NCBI GenBank assembly: GCA_963727805.1
Contig: CAVSHF010000003.1
Location: 2,368,001 to 2,432,000 of the forward strand
Source: an uncultured Nitrospiraceae bacterium
Lineage (GTDB): Bacteria > Nitrospirota > Thermodesulfovibrionia > Thermodesulfovibrionales > Dissulfurispiraceae
DNA: 64,000 nucleotides
Reading direction: 5' to 3'
In this document: positions 43,305 to 54,925 of the stretch, piece by piece
How the letters are laid out: every line of letters begins with the position of its first letter
How positions within the stretch are numbered: position 1 is the first letter of the stretch
Notes under the pieces: model-generated
Told to the model about the DNA's origin: nothing
Seen by the model: only the letters and a program-made list of their open reading frames with translations
Databases searched by the model: none
Made by a program: the position numbers and the translations under genes

Positions 43305-44831
43305 ATGTTATCTTATCGACAAAGCGGGGACCGCCGGAAATGGAAGTATTCAGCTGGCGCCAATGTAGCTGCACGATTGGCATTGGCCGGAATGTGCACG
43401 TTCTTCTTTTTCTGGATTTTCGGTTGTGCCGTGGGGCCTAACTTTGTCCGTCCTGAATCTCCATCGGTTTCGCGGTATACTCATGAGACACAGCCCACTT
43501 CAACAGTCACGGCAGACGGTCAGGCGCAGCAATTTATCGAGGGCGGGGAGATTGCCTCAGACTGGTGGCGTTTTTTCAACTCAACCAAGCTTGACACCCT
43601 TATGAGGGCGGCCTTTGCCAACAATCAAACTCTGCAGGCTGCCCAGGCAAGCCTGCGCCAAAGCCAGGAGAACCTGAGGGCCGGTTACGGGGTTTTCTTT
43701 CCGCAGGTTGATGCCAGTTTTGATGCTGTACGTCAAAAGTCCTCATTGGCCCGGTTCGGCGAAGGTTCCACAAGTAAAATCTTTAATCTCTTCACCCTAT
43801 CGGCTACTGTCAGTTATGCCCTTGATGTATTTGGCGGCGAGCGGCGTGCCGTAGAGAGCCTGCAGGCACAGGTTGACTATCAGCACTCTACAGGTCTGGG
43901 CACTTATCTGACGCTGTCAGGTAATATTGTGAACGCCGTTATTGCGCAAGCGGCTTACCGCGAACAGATTAAGGCTACCGAGCAAATGATCGAATTGCTC
44001 AGGGAGCAAGCCTGTATTACAGAAACGCAGGCTCAAACAGGCATCATTCCTTACTCAAACGTGCTAAGCATTCAAAGCCAGCTTGCTGCTACAGAAGCGA
44101 CACTTCCACCGCTCCGGCAAAAGTTCAGTCAAACCGAACACTTACTTGCCGTCCTGGAAGGGCTAACACCAGCTGAATTTATTCCGCCACAGTTTACTTT
44201 GGCAGAGCTCACTCTTCCCAGCAATCTGCCGGTAATCGTGCCATCTGAGTTAGTACGCCGACGGCCTGATATTCTTGCAACGGAGGCGGAGCTCCATAGT
44301 GCCAGCGCCGATATCGGCGTGGCTACAGCGGCTTTATACCCGAGTTTCACTTTAAATGGCACTTACGGGCAGACTAACACATCACTTAATAACTTTTTCA
44401 AACATACCAATAGTTTTTGGAGCGTAGGCCCAGACGTTACGGCTCCGTTGTTTCATGGCGGAACTTTGTGGTTTAAGCGGCGTGCGGCCATTGAAGGCTA
44501 CAACCAGGCTCTAGCCAACTATCGTCAAACCGTCCTCAGTGCCTTTGCTCAGGTTGCCGATACACTGCGAGCATTGGAACACGACGCGGAAGCTGTGCAA
44601 GCACAGTCACGGGCCCTTATCGCAGCAGAAGATGCGCTGTCGTTAATACAGGCAAATTACGAGGCCGGCACCGTCAACTATCTGCAAGTCCTTATTGCGG
44701 ATGGTCAATACCATCAGGCAAAGATAGGCTATATCCAGGCACAGGCCCTTCGGCTTCAGGACACTGTTGCGCTTTTCGTTGCTATTGGAGGTGGATGGTG
44801 GAATGACGAGGAAAAAGTCCCAGGGACCTAA
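43305..44831 (+). CDS. Outer-membrane efflux lipoprotein (NodT/TolC family)
   Basis: GCAVGPNFVRP, WW, PSELVRRRPDI, GGGW; start uncertain. Confidence 0.93.
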   Translation: MLSYRQSGDRRKWKYSAGANVAARLALAGMCTFFFFWIFGCAVGPNFVRPESPSVSRYTHETQPTSTVTADGQAQQFIEGGEIASDWWRFFNSTKLDTLMRAAFANNQTLQAAQASLRQSQENLRAGYGVFFPQVDASFDAVRQKSSLARFGEGSTSKIFNLFTLSATVSYALDVFGGERRAVESLQAQVDYQHSTGLGTYLTLSGNIVNAVIAQAAYREQIKATEQMIELLREQACITETQAQTGIIPYSNVLSIQSQLAATEATLPPLRQKFSQTEHLLAVLEGLTPAEFIPPQFTLAELTLPSNLPVIVPSELVRRRPDILATEAELHSASADIGVATAALYPSFTLNGTYGQTNTSLNNFFKHTNSFWSVGPDVTAPLFHGGTLWFKRRAAIEGYNQALANYRQTVLSAFAQVADTLRALEHDAEAVQAQSRALIAAEDALSLIQANYEAGTVNYLQVLIADGQYHQAKIGYIQAQALRLQDTVALFVAIGGGWWNDEEKVPGT

Positions 44832-45095
44832 TGGGCCAGGGCCTGCAGTTTGTAATTAGACGAACTGTGGGTAGAGCGAAGAGAAGCGAATTTTAATGCT
44901 GTGGACAGTGCATGGATACTACGGGAATGAACGGGTAAATACTATTCTTGAATAAAGCGTGGTCATTCCGCTCTATGTCTACAGGTATATAAGATCGGTT
45001 CCAAAGGGATAGATCCGGAACGATCTTGAAACCAGCTAATTTTAAGAAGAACTATTGCAAAAGCTGATGCCAGTTTCGCATAAGCACGGGACCAA

Positions 45096-45995
45096 ATGAA
45101 AATATTACTTACAACGGATGGTTCAAAATATTCGGAATATGTGGCAGAGTTTCTTACTCGTCTCAATTGGTCTGCAGATGATACTATTATTGTTTTTCAT
45201 GCCATATTTTGGATGCCCTTTGGATATAATCAGGCTGCCTATCTCAGTACTCTCAGGGAAATCAAAAATGAGATTGCGCCAAGAATTATTGATTCTGCAC
45301 TTGATATTCTAAAACCAGTTCAAGCATTAAAAAGCGTGGTGCTTGAAGATGGAGCTCCTGAGCAATGCATTGTTGAAGTGGCTCTCAAGTTGGAAGTTGA
45401 TATGATAGTTATTGGAGCTAGAGGTCTAAAAGCTATTGAGGCTCTCTTCATCGGTAGCGTAACAAGCTCACTTGCAGTCAGTGCACCGAAACCTGTTCTC
45501 ATCGTAAAGCGTCCGACATATTCAAGCTTAGGCCCGATGAAAATTCTCTTTGCCACCGATGGATCTGAACATTCTCTTGCTACTGAAGAATTTTTATCTT
45601 CCGTTCCGTTTACGGATAATACAGAAGTAACGATATTGAATGTGACGTGGTCTACCGGCAGTGATATTCCAGATCGCTTTATCAAAGGAAGTGATGAATT
45701 GATGAAGGTCGCAGCAGACATGCTATCAGTTGAAATTACAGAAGCTGAAAAGATCATCCAGGGAGCTGCTGAGCGCCTAATGAAACGATTTAAGAATATA
45801 CATTTGATATCTAAGAGGGGAGATCCACCAAGCGAGATACTGAAAACAGCCGAGGAGACAGAGGCAGACATAATAGCTGTCGGCTGCAGAGGCCTAAGGG
45901 GAATTAAGAGTATATTGGGTAGCGTGTCGAGAAATGTCCTTACACACTCGAAATGTTCTGTTTTAGTCGGGAAGATGTGCACAGTAAAGGATTGA
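45096..45995 (+). CDS. Universal stress protein, tandem USP domains
   Basis: MKILLTTDGS and MKILFATDGS, GARG...GSV, GCRG...GSVS. Confidence 0.92.
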   Translation: MKILLTTDGSKYSEYVAEFLTRLNWSADDTIIVFHAIFWMPFGYNQAAYLSTLREIKNEIAPRIIDSALDILKPVQALKSVVLEDGAPEQCIVEVALKLEVDMIVIGARGLKAIEALFIGSVTSSLAVSAPKPVLIVKRPTYSSLGPMKILFATDGSEHSLATEEFLSSVPFTDNTEVTILNVTWSTGSDIPDRFIKGSDELMKVAADMLSVEITEAEKIIQGAAERLMKRFKNIHLISKRGDPPSEILKTAEETEADIIAVGCRGLRGIKSILGSVSRNVLTHSKCSVLVGKMCTVKD

Positions 45996-46390
45996 TACTG
46001 TCAAGTTTTTTCAGAGATTCAGGGGGCTCTTCAATGTTGCTGCACGAGATCTGAAACAGGGCTGCTACATTATCCTTAGGCTTGCCCCAGGGATTCGTCG
46101 ATGCAGCCCATATAGGAAGGAAAATGGTTCGAGTTGGAACCCACAGGGGTATAATTTACGATTAATAATCCCCCAAAGTCGGCAGTCGCGAGAGAAGAAG
46201 CAAGTTGTTTTACTATTATCCATGATTATGCTCGTGGGTGCTTGCGATTATTCCAAGGAGAAGGACGCCGTAAAAAGACTTGAGCTTGCAGAGAAATGCG
46301 GCAAAAACTTTGTTGTTTACAAAAGACTTCCACCCCCCTGAAAAATTAAGAACTATATTGTTAAGCGAAACTTTATTATTCGCGGACAAA

Positions 46391-46475
46391 TGGTGCCGAA
46401 GGCGGGACTCGAACCCGCATAGGTTTCCCCACACGCCCCTCAAACGTGCGTGTCTACCAGTTCCACCACTTCGGC
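46391..46475 (-). tRNA. tRNA-Leu(GAG)
   Basis: GCCGAAG acceptor stem, CACGT-TTGAGGG-GCGTG anticodon arm, long variable arm, GGTTCGAGTCC, encoded CCA. Confidence 0.97.
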
Positions 46476-47311
46476 ATGAATGAGCAGATATGAATAATAC
46501 CAGTAATTGCGAAAGGTTTTCAAGTAGTATGATTATTAATAATTGATGCGGGAATCGAGAGGGAGAGGACAAGGACCTCGACAGTCGACACTCCAGCACG
46601 TTTTACGGTTGCTGCATACTTCCGAGTTATTGCTTCGGTAATTATCACGCCATACACCTGCAGCAGTCGCTTTCCGCTGATGCCTCCATAAATGGGTTAG
46701 CCTTTTTGAGGTGGGTGCTGCGATCCTTTTAGCTCATTTCCGTTTGGAGTTTTGTCTCGCTCGTGCATTTCAGTGAAGTCAAAAGCAGTGGCGTCTTCGA
46801 TGCCTTCGATAAAGAAGCCAAGAAGGGCTGACTGGTTGAATTTGCGTTGTTTAAGTTTGTTCGAATGAAGCGGAATGGATGCAAACCAATCTCAGAGGTC
46901 GAGAGGAATATCACCAGAAGATCGTTCAAGGCCTGTTAGAGGCATTTGATGCCGACGAATTTGAGAAGATAGCCCGATTTCAACGGCCCATCGAAGATGC
47001 CATATTAAATGATTTTCAAAAAGGGTGACTCTGATCTGAGGTTCTCTGCACATATGCTGGTGTGCTGAGACGTAGTTGGTAAACCGCAGATCTAACAGCA
47101 GGGGCCCTTATATCAATCAATTGACGCTCATAACTAATTACAAAGCGCATTTTGATGGTGGCTATCGGAATGGGAATTGCAGACAAGACATTGTGACGAG
47201 AAGTTGACTTTGCGGACGAGTCATAATAAGTGCAGAAGGGGGTAGACAGGATGAACATAAAAGAGTATCCACCTCTTCATACTCTTGAATTCTGACTTCT
47301 GTAGTCTTAAA

Positions 47312-48616
<1,305 letters not shown>

Positions 48617-48666
48617 TCATAAACGTGCAAGCTCCCCTGTCTGTCCCCCTGAAAATACATTGCGTA

Positions 48667-50244
48667 TTACATGCCGATTACCTTAACGTCAAGGATATTG
48701 GGTAGTTTCTGGATCTCTTTGAGCACCTTGTCAGTGACAGGCGAATCGATATTGACCACCGAGATCGCCATCCCACCAGCTAACTCCCTGCCGAAGTGCA
48801 TCCGCGCGATATTAATATTGTTTCTGCCCATTACAGTGCCGATATTGCCGATAACACCTGGCTTGTCATTATTGTGCATAAGGAGCATGTTGCCCTCGGG
48901 GACAATCTCGACATTAAAGTTGTTTATCCTCACGATCCAGGGGTCTCGCTTGCTGAAGAGAGTACCGGCGACATAAAGCTCCTTCTTTGGGGCTTTAATG
49001 GTAAGTGATATAAGACTCTGATAGTCCCCCGAATCCTTGCTCTTTGTCTCTTTGACCTCAATGCCGCGTTCCTTTGCGATCAAGGGGGCATTGACGAAGT
49101 TGACCGTCTCCTGGAGGATTGGTGCTAGGAGCCCTTTTATCGCGGCGATGGTTACAGGCGAGGTGTTCAACTCCGATGCCTCTCCTCCATACTCGATATT
49201 TACCCCGGTTATACCACCTTCGAATATTTGAGAGGCGAATGCCCCGAGCTTTTCTGCAAGTGATATATACGGCTGCAGCACTGCAACCTGGTCCGCCGGA
49301 ATTGAGGGGAAGTTGACGGCATTCCTTATAGTATTGAAGACGAGATAGTCTCGGATCTGTTCGGCGACTGCAACGGCGACATTCTCCTGCGCCTCAGTCG
49401 TTGATGCGCCGAGGTGTGGTGTGCAGACGACCTTTTCATGTCCTACGAGAGGATTGTTCTCGGGGGGTTCTTTTTCGAAGACATCGAGAGCAGCCCCTGC
49501 AACCTTTCCATCGTTGAGGGCATCGAGTAGGTCCTTCTCGTTAATGATGCCGCCGCGGGCGCAGTTGATGAGGTAAACGCCGTCTTTCATCGTTTTAATT
49601 GTTTTGGAGTTGATGAGGCTTTTCGTCTCAGCAGTCAATGGGGTATGGACGGTGATAAAATCGGCTTTCCTCATGACTTCAGCGATTTCGCCCTTTTGAA
49701 TACCAATACTTTTCGCCTTCCCTTCGCTGAGGAAAGGATCATATGCGATAACACTCATCCCCATGCACAAGGCCCTGCGTGCAACCTCGCCGCCAATATT
49801 GCCCAGACCGATAACGCCGAGTGTTTTATTGTAAAGCTCGACTCCCATGAATTTCTTCTTCTCCCACTTGCCAGACGCCATGGACGCATTAGCCTGGGGG
49901 GTCTTGCGGGCTATCGAGAACATCAGCGCTATGGCGTGTTCGGCTGTCGTTACCGTATTGCCGCCAGGAGTGTTCATAACGACGATCCCTTTTTTTGAAG
50001 CGGTGACCTTATCCACATTGTCCAGACCGGAGCCGGCCCTCCCGACAACCTTCAGATTCGTTGCTGCGCCAATTATCTCAGCCGTAACCTTTGTCGCGCT
50101 CCTGATCACAAGACCGTGATATTTACCAATGATTGCCTTGAGTTCCTCGGGTTTGAGGCCAGTCTTGACATCAACCTCAAGCCCCGCAACCCTAAGGATT
50201 TCTATGCATTTTGGCGATATGCTATCGCTTATCAGGACTTTCAT
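48667..50244 (-). CDS. serA: D-3-phosphoglycerate dehydrogenase
   Basis: Start MKVLISD after AAGGAG; GRAGSGLDNVD, GLGNIG, TPHLGAST, C-terminal ACT domain. Confidence 0.96.
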   Translation of the reverse strand: MKVLISDSISPKCIEILRVAGLEVDVKTGLKPEELKAIIGKYHGLVIRSATKVTAEIIGAATNLKVVGRAGSGLDNVDKVTASKKGIVVMNTPGGNTVTTAEHAIALMFSIARKTPQANASMASGKWEKKKFMGVELYNKTLGVIGLGNIGGEVARRALCMGMSVIAYDPFLSEGKAKSIGIQKGEIAEVMRKADFITVHTPLTAETKSLINSKTIKTMKDGVYLINCARGGIINEKDLLDALNDGKVAGAALDVFEKEPPENNPLVGHEKVVCTPHLGASTTEAQENVAVAVAEQIRDYLVFNTIRNAVNFPSIPADQVAVLQPYISLAEKLGAFASQIFEGGITGVNIEYGGEASELNTSPVTIAAIKGLLAPILQETVNFVNAPLIAKERGIEVKETKSKDSGDYQSLISLTIKAPKKELYVAGTLFSKRDPWIVRINNFNVEIVPEGNMLLMHNNDKPGVIGNIGTVMGRNNINIARMHFGRELAGGMAISVVNIDSPVTDKVLKEIQKLPNILDVKVIGM

Positions 50245-50333
50245 CTGCACTGTCTCCTTTATACAGAGTTTGGCCATAAAGATTCGCGATAAACAGGATG
50301 CCTTCAGCCGCGAATCCTGTGGCCGTGAATATT

Positions 50334-51473
50334 TTATTTCATTAAAAGCTCTTGGGCAATTGCGACGCCTGTGCCGAGCTTGACCGCGTACCCGAGGTCC
50401 TTGAGCACCATCTCGATGGCCGCGATGCCGGTGATAACATCGAAAGTGTCCGCATAGCCTAAATGGGCGAGCCTGAATATCTTGCCTTTTGCCTTGTCCT
50501 GCCCGCCGGCACCCGTGATGCCGTATTTTTCTCTGAGGTTTTTGTAGATCATCTGACCATCGATGCCATGAGGTGCCTCGATTGCGGTTACCGAGTTGCT
50601 TGGGGATTCTTTTGAATAGATTCCGCACCCGATTGCCTTTACCGCCTCCCGTGTGGCATGGGCCAACCTGGCATGCCGTGCGAAGACATTTTCGAGACCC
50701 TCCTTCTGGAGCATCTTGATCGCCTCATTGAGGCCGATGATCAGGGTGACGGCGGAAGTAAAATTAGTCTGGTTCTTTGCTAGGTTCTCCCGTTCCTTCT
50801 TGAAGTTGAAATAGAACCTCGGCATCTTTGACGATTCGTTTCTCTTCCATGCCTTTTCGCTTACGGCGACAAAGGCGAGGCCGGGCGGAAGCATTAAACC
50901 CTTCTGCGAGCCTCCGATCATAATGTCGATACCCCACGCGTCGGTCTTGATATCTTGCGCGACAAGGGCACTGATTGCATCGACGACGAAGAGCGTATTA
51001 TCAAAATTTTTGATGACCTTGGCAAGGCCTTCAATGTCATGGTAGACTCCGGTTGAAGTTTCTGTCGCCTGAACAAAGACTCCCTTAATTTCAGGATTTT
51101 TTTTCAAAGTTGCTTCGACCACTGCAGGTTTTACCGAATACCCCCATTCGACAACGATCTCTTGAACGTTCAGTCCGTAAGCCTGACAGATCTTCGTCCA
51201 TCTCTCGCCAAACTTGCCGCCATTAACAACGAGCACCTTGTCGCCGGGATTGAAGAAATTATTGACTGAGCCGACCATTCCGCCTGTGCCGGTAGAGCAA
51301 AGGATAAGGACATCGTTTTTCGTTTGGAAGATCCACTGAAGCCCCTTTTTGGCCGAGTCGATGATCGGCAGGAAATCGGGTGAGCGGTGGTGGATCATCG
51401 GCATTGCCATGGAAAGAAGGACCTCTGCGGGGACCGGCGTCGGACCCGGGGCCAATAGGTATTTTTTCAACAT
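50334..51473 (-). CDS. Class V PLP aminotransferase (serine/alanine-glyoxylate family)
   Basis: LLAPGPT, ETSTG, VDAIS, GSQKGLMLPPG; GGAGG RBS before ATG 51473. Confidence 0.93.
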   Translation of the reverse strand: MLKKYLLAPGPTPVPAEVLLSMAMPMIHHRSPDFLPIIDSAKKGLQWIFQTKNDVLILCSTGTGGMVGSVNNFFNPGDKVLVVNGGKFGERWTKICQAYGLNVQEIVVEWGYSVKPAVVEATLKKNPEIKGVFVQATETSTGVYHDIEGLAKVIKNFDNTLFVVDAISALVAQDIKTDAWGIDIMIGGSQKGLMLPPGLAFVAVSEKAWKRNESSKMPRFYFNFKKERENLAKNQTNFTSAVTLIIGLNEAIKMLQKEGLENVFARHARLAHATREAVKAIGCGIYSKESPSNSVTAIEAPHGIDGQMIYKNLREKYGITGAGGQDKAKGKIFRLAHLGYADTFDVITGIAAIEMVLKDLGYAVKLGTGVAIAQELLMK

Positions 51474-51637
51474 AAAGCTAACCTCCGGAACAGTATTAGT
51501 ATGCAAGTTTCCTTTAGTGCAAGATAGTATAATAATACAAACGGCCAGTCTTTGAAAAGACTACGATAAAGGAGTAAAATAGCGGGCATGGAAACATATC
51601 ACAAAAATTAAGTTTAAATAAATCAGGAGCTATCATT

Positions 51638-53041
51638 ATGGACAAGCAAAAGCTTCTATCAGACCTACCCTCCGTTGACGAGATTGTGAAGTCAAAAGAT
51701 GGTATCGAGTGGCAGCAGAAATTTCCACGAGTCTATGTTGTCCGGGCGATCCGTGAAATAATCCAGCGGCAGCGTGACGCCATTCTCGATGGCAGGTTTG
51801 AAGAAGCAGGTATTGATGACCTTCTGCCTGAGATCGAGAGGCAGATTGAAAAGCTGTCACGGTGCAGCCTAACCCCGCTTATCAATGCTACCGGGATCGT
51901 GATACATACGAACCTGGGAAGATCGATCCTATCCGATGCGGTCCTCGAACAGGCAACCAAAATCGCCGGAGGCTATTCAAACCTCGAATATGATCTCAAG
52001 AAGGGCGAGAGGGGCAAGCGATACTCCCATGTCCAGAGGCTGCTTAAGGAACTCACCGGCGCGGAGGCCGGCATTGTCGTCAACAATAATGCCGCTGCCG
52101 TCTTCGTGTGTCTGACCGCTCTTGCCCGAGGCCGGGAGGTCATAGTTTCGCGGGGAGAGTTGGTCGAGATCGGAGGTTCATTCAGGATACCGGATGTGAT
52201 GGCGAGCAGTGGTGCCATACTAAACGAAGTGGGAACTACTAACAAAACGCATGGCTATGATTACGAAAATGCACTAAACGATAATACGGCGCTTATGCTT
52301 AAAGTACACCAGGCTAATTTTAGGATGATAGGCTTTACCGAGGCGCTGTCCATTGGGGAGCTAGTTGCCATCGGCAAGAAATATAGCGTGCCCGTTATGT
52401 ATGACCTCGGGAGCGGCTGTTTCGTCGATCTTAAGCCCTATGGCATTCATATCGAGCCGACTGTTCAGGAAATCGTAAAAGCCGACGCCGACATCGTTAC
52501 CTTTAGCGGAGATAAACTTCTGGGTGGACCGCAGGCAGGCGTTATCGTTGGTAAGAGGAAACTAATTGATATAATAGCAAAAAATCCACTTATGCGTGCA
52601 GTCAGGGTCGATAAGATGACGCTCGCTGCCCTTGAAGTGACCCTCAGGTGCTATCTTGATCAAGAGACAGCAATTGAGAAGATACCTACCCTGTCGATGC
52701 TGCTCCAGGCTCCGGAAAAAATCATGGAACGGGCTAAGAAGATCTTGAAATTACTCAAACGAGGACTGAGCGCAGACGACGGCGCTACGGTGGAGATTGA
52801 TGTGGTCGAGGATCTATCGCAGTCAGGTGGTGGTGCATTGGCCGAGGTGCCGTTCAAAACCTATGCGATTTCGATTATGCCGTCGAAATTGTCCGTTAAT
52901 GCACTCGAAGACAGGTTGAGGCATGGGAATCCTCCTGTGATTGCGCGGATAAAGGATGATGCCCTTATACTCGATGCCCGCACCGTGCGAAACGAAGAGA
53001 TCAAGATGCTAGTGAACGCGGTTAGGGCGGCCCTGATTTAG
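51638..53041 (+). CDS. selA: L-seryl-tRNA(Sec) selenium transferase
   Basis: INATGIVIHTNLGRS, VNNNAAA, SRGELVEIGGSFRIPD, FSGDKLLGGPQAG. Confidence 0.97.
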   Translation: MDKQKLLSDLPSVDEIVKSKDGIEWQQKFPRVYVVRAIREIIQRQRDAILDGRFEEAGIDDLLPEIERQIEKLSRCSLTPLINATGIVIHTNLGRSILSDAVLEQATKIAGGYSNLEYDLKKGERGKRYSHVQRLLKELTGAEAGIVVNNNAAAVFVCLTALARGREVIVSRGELVEIGGSFRIPDVMASSGAILNEVGTTNKTHGYDYENALNDNTALMLKVHQANFRMIGFTEALSIGELVAIGKKYSVPVMYDLGSGCFVDLKPYGIHIEPTVQEIVKADADIVTFSGDKLLGGPQAGVIVGKRKLIDIIAKNPLMRAVRVDKMTLAALEVTLRCYLDQETAIEKIPTLSMLLQAPEKIMERAKKILKLLKRGLSADDGATVEIDVVEDLSQSGGGALAEVPFKTYAISIMPSKLSVNALEDRLRHGNPPVIARIKDDALILDARTVRNEEIKMLVNAVRAALI

Positions 53042-53064
53042 GTTATCTGAGACTCTCGTATGAT

Positions 53065-53080
53065 TGTTCCACGTGGAACA
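53065..53080. promoter_or_regulatory. parS: parS centromere site
   Basis: Perfect palindrome TGTTCCACGTGGAACA. Confidence 0.92.
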
Positions 53081-53111
53081 ACCAGGCTAATTCTGAGGTG
53101 ATATAAGAGAT

Positions 53112-54080
53112 ATGAATATCGTCGTAGTGGGACTTGGGGCATTGGGGACTACCTTTGCGACACTTTTAAAGAAGGAGGGTCATAGAGTATTTGCGATCAC
53201 CAAAGAGAAATACCTTGCCGATTTGGCCGACAGAAAAATAGCGATCTGCGGTATATTGGGATATTATGAAGCTGTGCTCGATGGTATATACGCCGGCATC
53301 GGGCCTTTACTCAATGAAAAGATCGATCTTGTCCTCCTGACGGTCAAGTCATTCGACACGGAAATGGCTACGCATATGATTGCTCCCTTGGTTGGAGACA
53401 ATGTCATTATTGTTTCAGCGCAAAACGGATATGGCAATTATGAAGCGGTTGCCCGTATCGTGGGAAAGGCGCACGCCTTGCTCGCACGGATCATCTTCGG
53501 GGCGCGCCTTGTTAAAACAGGATATTCCGAGGTTACCGTTATCGCAGACGATGTCAGGATCGGCCAGCCCGAGGACGCTATTCCCGAGGATGCAATTATC
53601 AAGATAGCTTCGGAAATCAATAAGGCTGGAGTTCCAACATCCTATGCCGTAGACGTCAATGAGATACTTTGGGACAAGATACTCTACAACTGCGCCCTGA
53701 ACCCGCTCGGGGCACTCCTGGAATGCAATTACGGCGGGCTTGCCGGGCATGAAGAGACAAAGCGAGTAATGGATGCACTCATTAAAGAGATATTTCAGGT
53801 TACCCAGTCCCACTCTATAAAGCTGCACTGGGAAGATGCAGAAAGCTATATCGATTACTTTTATAAGAAACTTGTTCCACCTACACAAGAACACTATCCT
53901 TCTATGTATCATGATCTCAAGGCGGGCAAGAGGCTCGAAATAGATGCCCTCAACGGTGCAATCGTCAGGCTCGCCGCTGAGAAGGGGGTACCGGTGCCAG
54001 TAAACGAGACGATTCTCGATCTCATTACAGTAAAAGAAAAATTATCTCAAGATAAGAGGCCTTTAAGCATGGCATTATGA
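53112..54080 (+). CDS. panE: 2-dehydropantoate 2-reductase
   Basis: GLGALG, TVKS, QNG, W-K--YNCALN, SM--D, EIDALNG. Confidence 0.92.
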   Translation: MNIVVVGLGALGTTFATLLKKEGHRVFAITKEKYLADLADRKIAICGILGYYEAVLDGIYAGIGPLLNEKIDLVLLTVKSFDTEMATHMIAPLVGDNVIIVSAQNGYGNYEAVARIVGKAHALLARIIFGARLVKTGYSEVTVIADDVRIGQPEDAIPEDAIIKIASEINKAGVPTSYAVDVNEILWDKILYNCALNPLGALLECNYGGLAGHEETKRVMDALIKEIFQVTQSHSIKLHWEDAESYIDYFYKKLVPPTQEHYPSMYHDLKAGKRLEIDALNGAIVRLAAEKGVPVPVNETILDLITVKEKLSQDKRPLSMAL

Positions 54081-54093
54081 TAATGATGATTGA

Positions 54094-54109
54094 TGTTCCA
54101 CGTGGAACA
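54094..54109. promoter_or_regulatory. parS: parS centromere site
   Basis: Perfect palindrome TGTTCCACGTGGAACA. Confidence 0.92.
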
Positions 54110-54162
54110 TTGCAGTAGCTGCAGTTTACATGTGTTCAATAAAGAATAGCGAGGTTATATTT

Positions 54163-54576
54163 ATGAAGGGTGTCGAGCAGGGAGATAAAGTCAAATTGTC
54201 ATATAAGCTTAAGCTGGAAGATGGATCGATCTTTGAATCCTCGGAGACATCGGGCCCGCTGGATTTTGTCGTAGGCGAAGGGAATGTCTTGGGGCCGATT
54301 GAAACAGGAGTGCTCGGCATGATGGCCGGCGAGTCAAAGGTTATTCATGTTTCTGTAGACCAAGGTTATGGGGCAAGGAAGGAAGAGCGTATTTTCCAGA
54401 TGAGCAAGACCAAGGCGCCGGCCTCATATGAGGTGGGGAAATCGATAGTGCTCTACCGTGCCGATGGCAAACCCGTACCGGCGAAGGTAATCGGCGAGAA
54501 TGAAGAGGCCTTTATCATCGATGGCAATCACCCATTGGTGGGGCATGAGTTGACTTTCGAGATTACACTTCTCTAA
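54163..54576 (+). CDS. FKBP-type peptidyl-prolyl isomerase (SlyD/FkpB-like, no His-rich tail)
   Basis: GDKVKLSY, PLDFVVG, GYG, DGNHPLVG. Confidence 0.9.
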   Translation: MKGVEQGDKVKLSYKLKLEDGSIFESSETSGPLDFVVGEGNVLGPIETGVLGMMAGESKVIHVSVDQGYGARKEERIFQMSKTKAPASYEVGKSIVLYRADGKPVPAKVIGENEEAFIIDGNHPLVGHELTFEITLL

Positions 54577-54849
54577 GCAATAGAAAAGTAGCAGGGAATA
54601 ACTTTCTGATAAATATAGCTATATTTTAACTCTGAGGAAGCCGCCCTGTGATATAGCATTGCTACTAATATACAAAGTCTAGAAAGGTAGAGGTCAGATA
54701 GCAATAAATTTTTCTCCGCCAATTTTTGATTGTTGGATGAACTCCTTCTACTGATGATTTCAATCGCGAAATGCCTTTGCCAGAGCAATTAATCACTATC
54801 CACGGCTGTGTTAGGCAGGAGTTTTTCAGAGAGAAGCGAAGAAATCTTG

Positions 54850-54878
54850 TTGACAAAAAATATGTTAATAATTAATAT
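54850..54878 (+). promoter_or_regulatory. Sigma70 promoter of the Ehr/hyf-like operon
   Basis: TTGACA-N17-TAATAT. Confidence 0.65.
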
Positions 54879-54925
54879 ATCCATTTGCTATCAAATTTGC
54901 TCATTATTGGACAATTATAGACACT

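Noticed and set aside
46480..47300. Long gap between tRNA-Leu and purA with protein-like fragments
   Set aside because: No integrase motifs or coherent ORF; cannot be assigned
50245..50628. 128 aa N-terminal extension of SerA in the ORF track
   Set aside because: Overlaps the aminotransferase gene in another frame; a good RBS precedes ATG 50244
54730..54770. Fluoride-riboswitch-like words (GATGAA...CTGATGA) upstream of the Ehr operon
   Set aside because: P1 and pseudoknot pairings do not form, and it lies upstream of the predicted promoter
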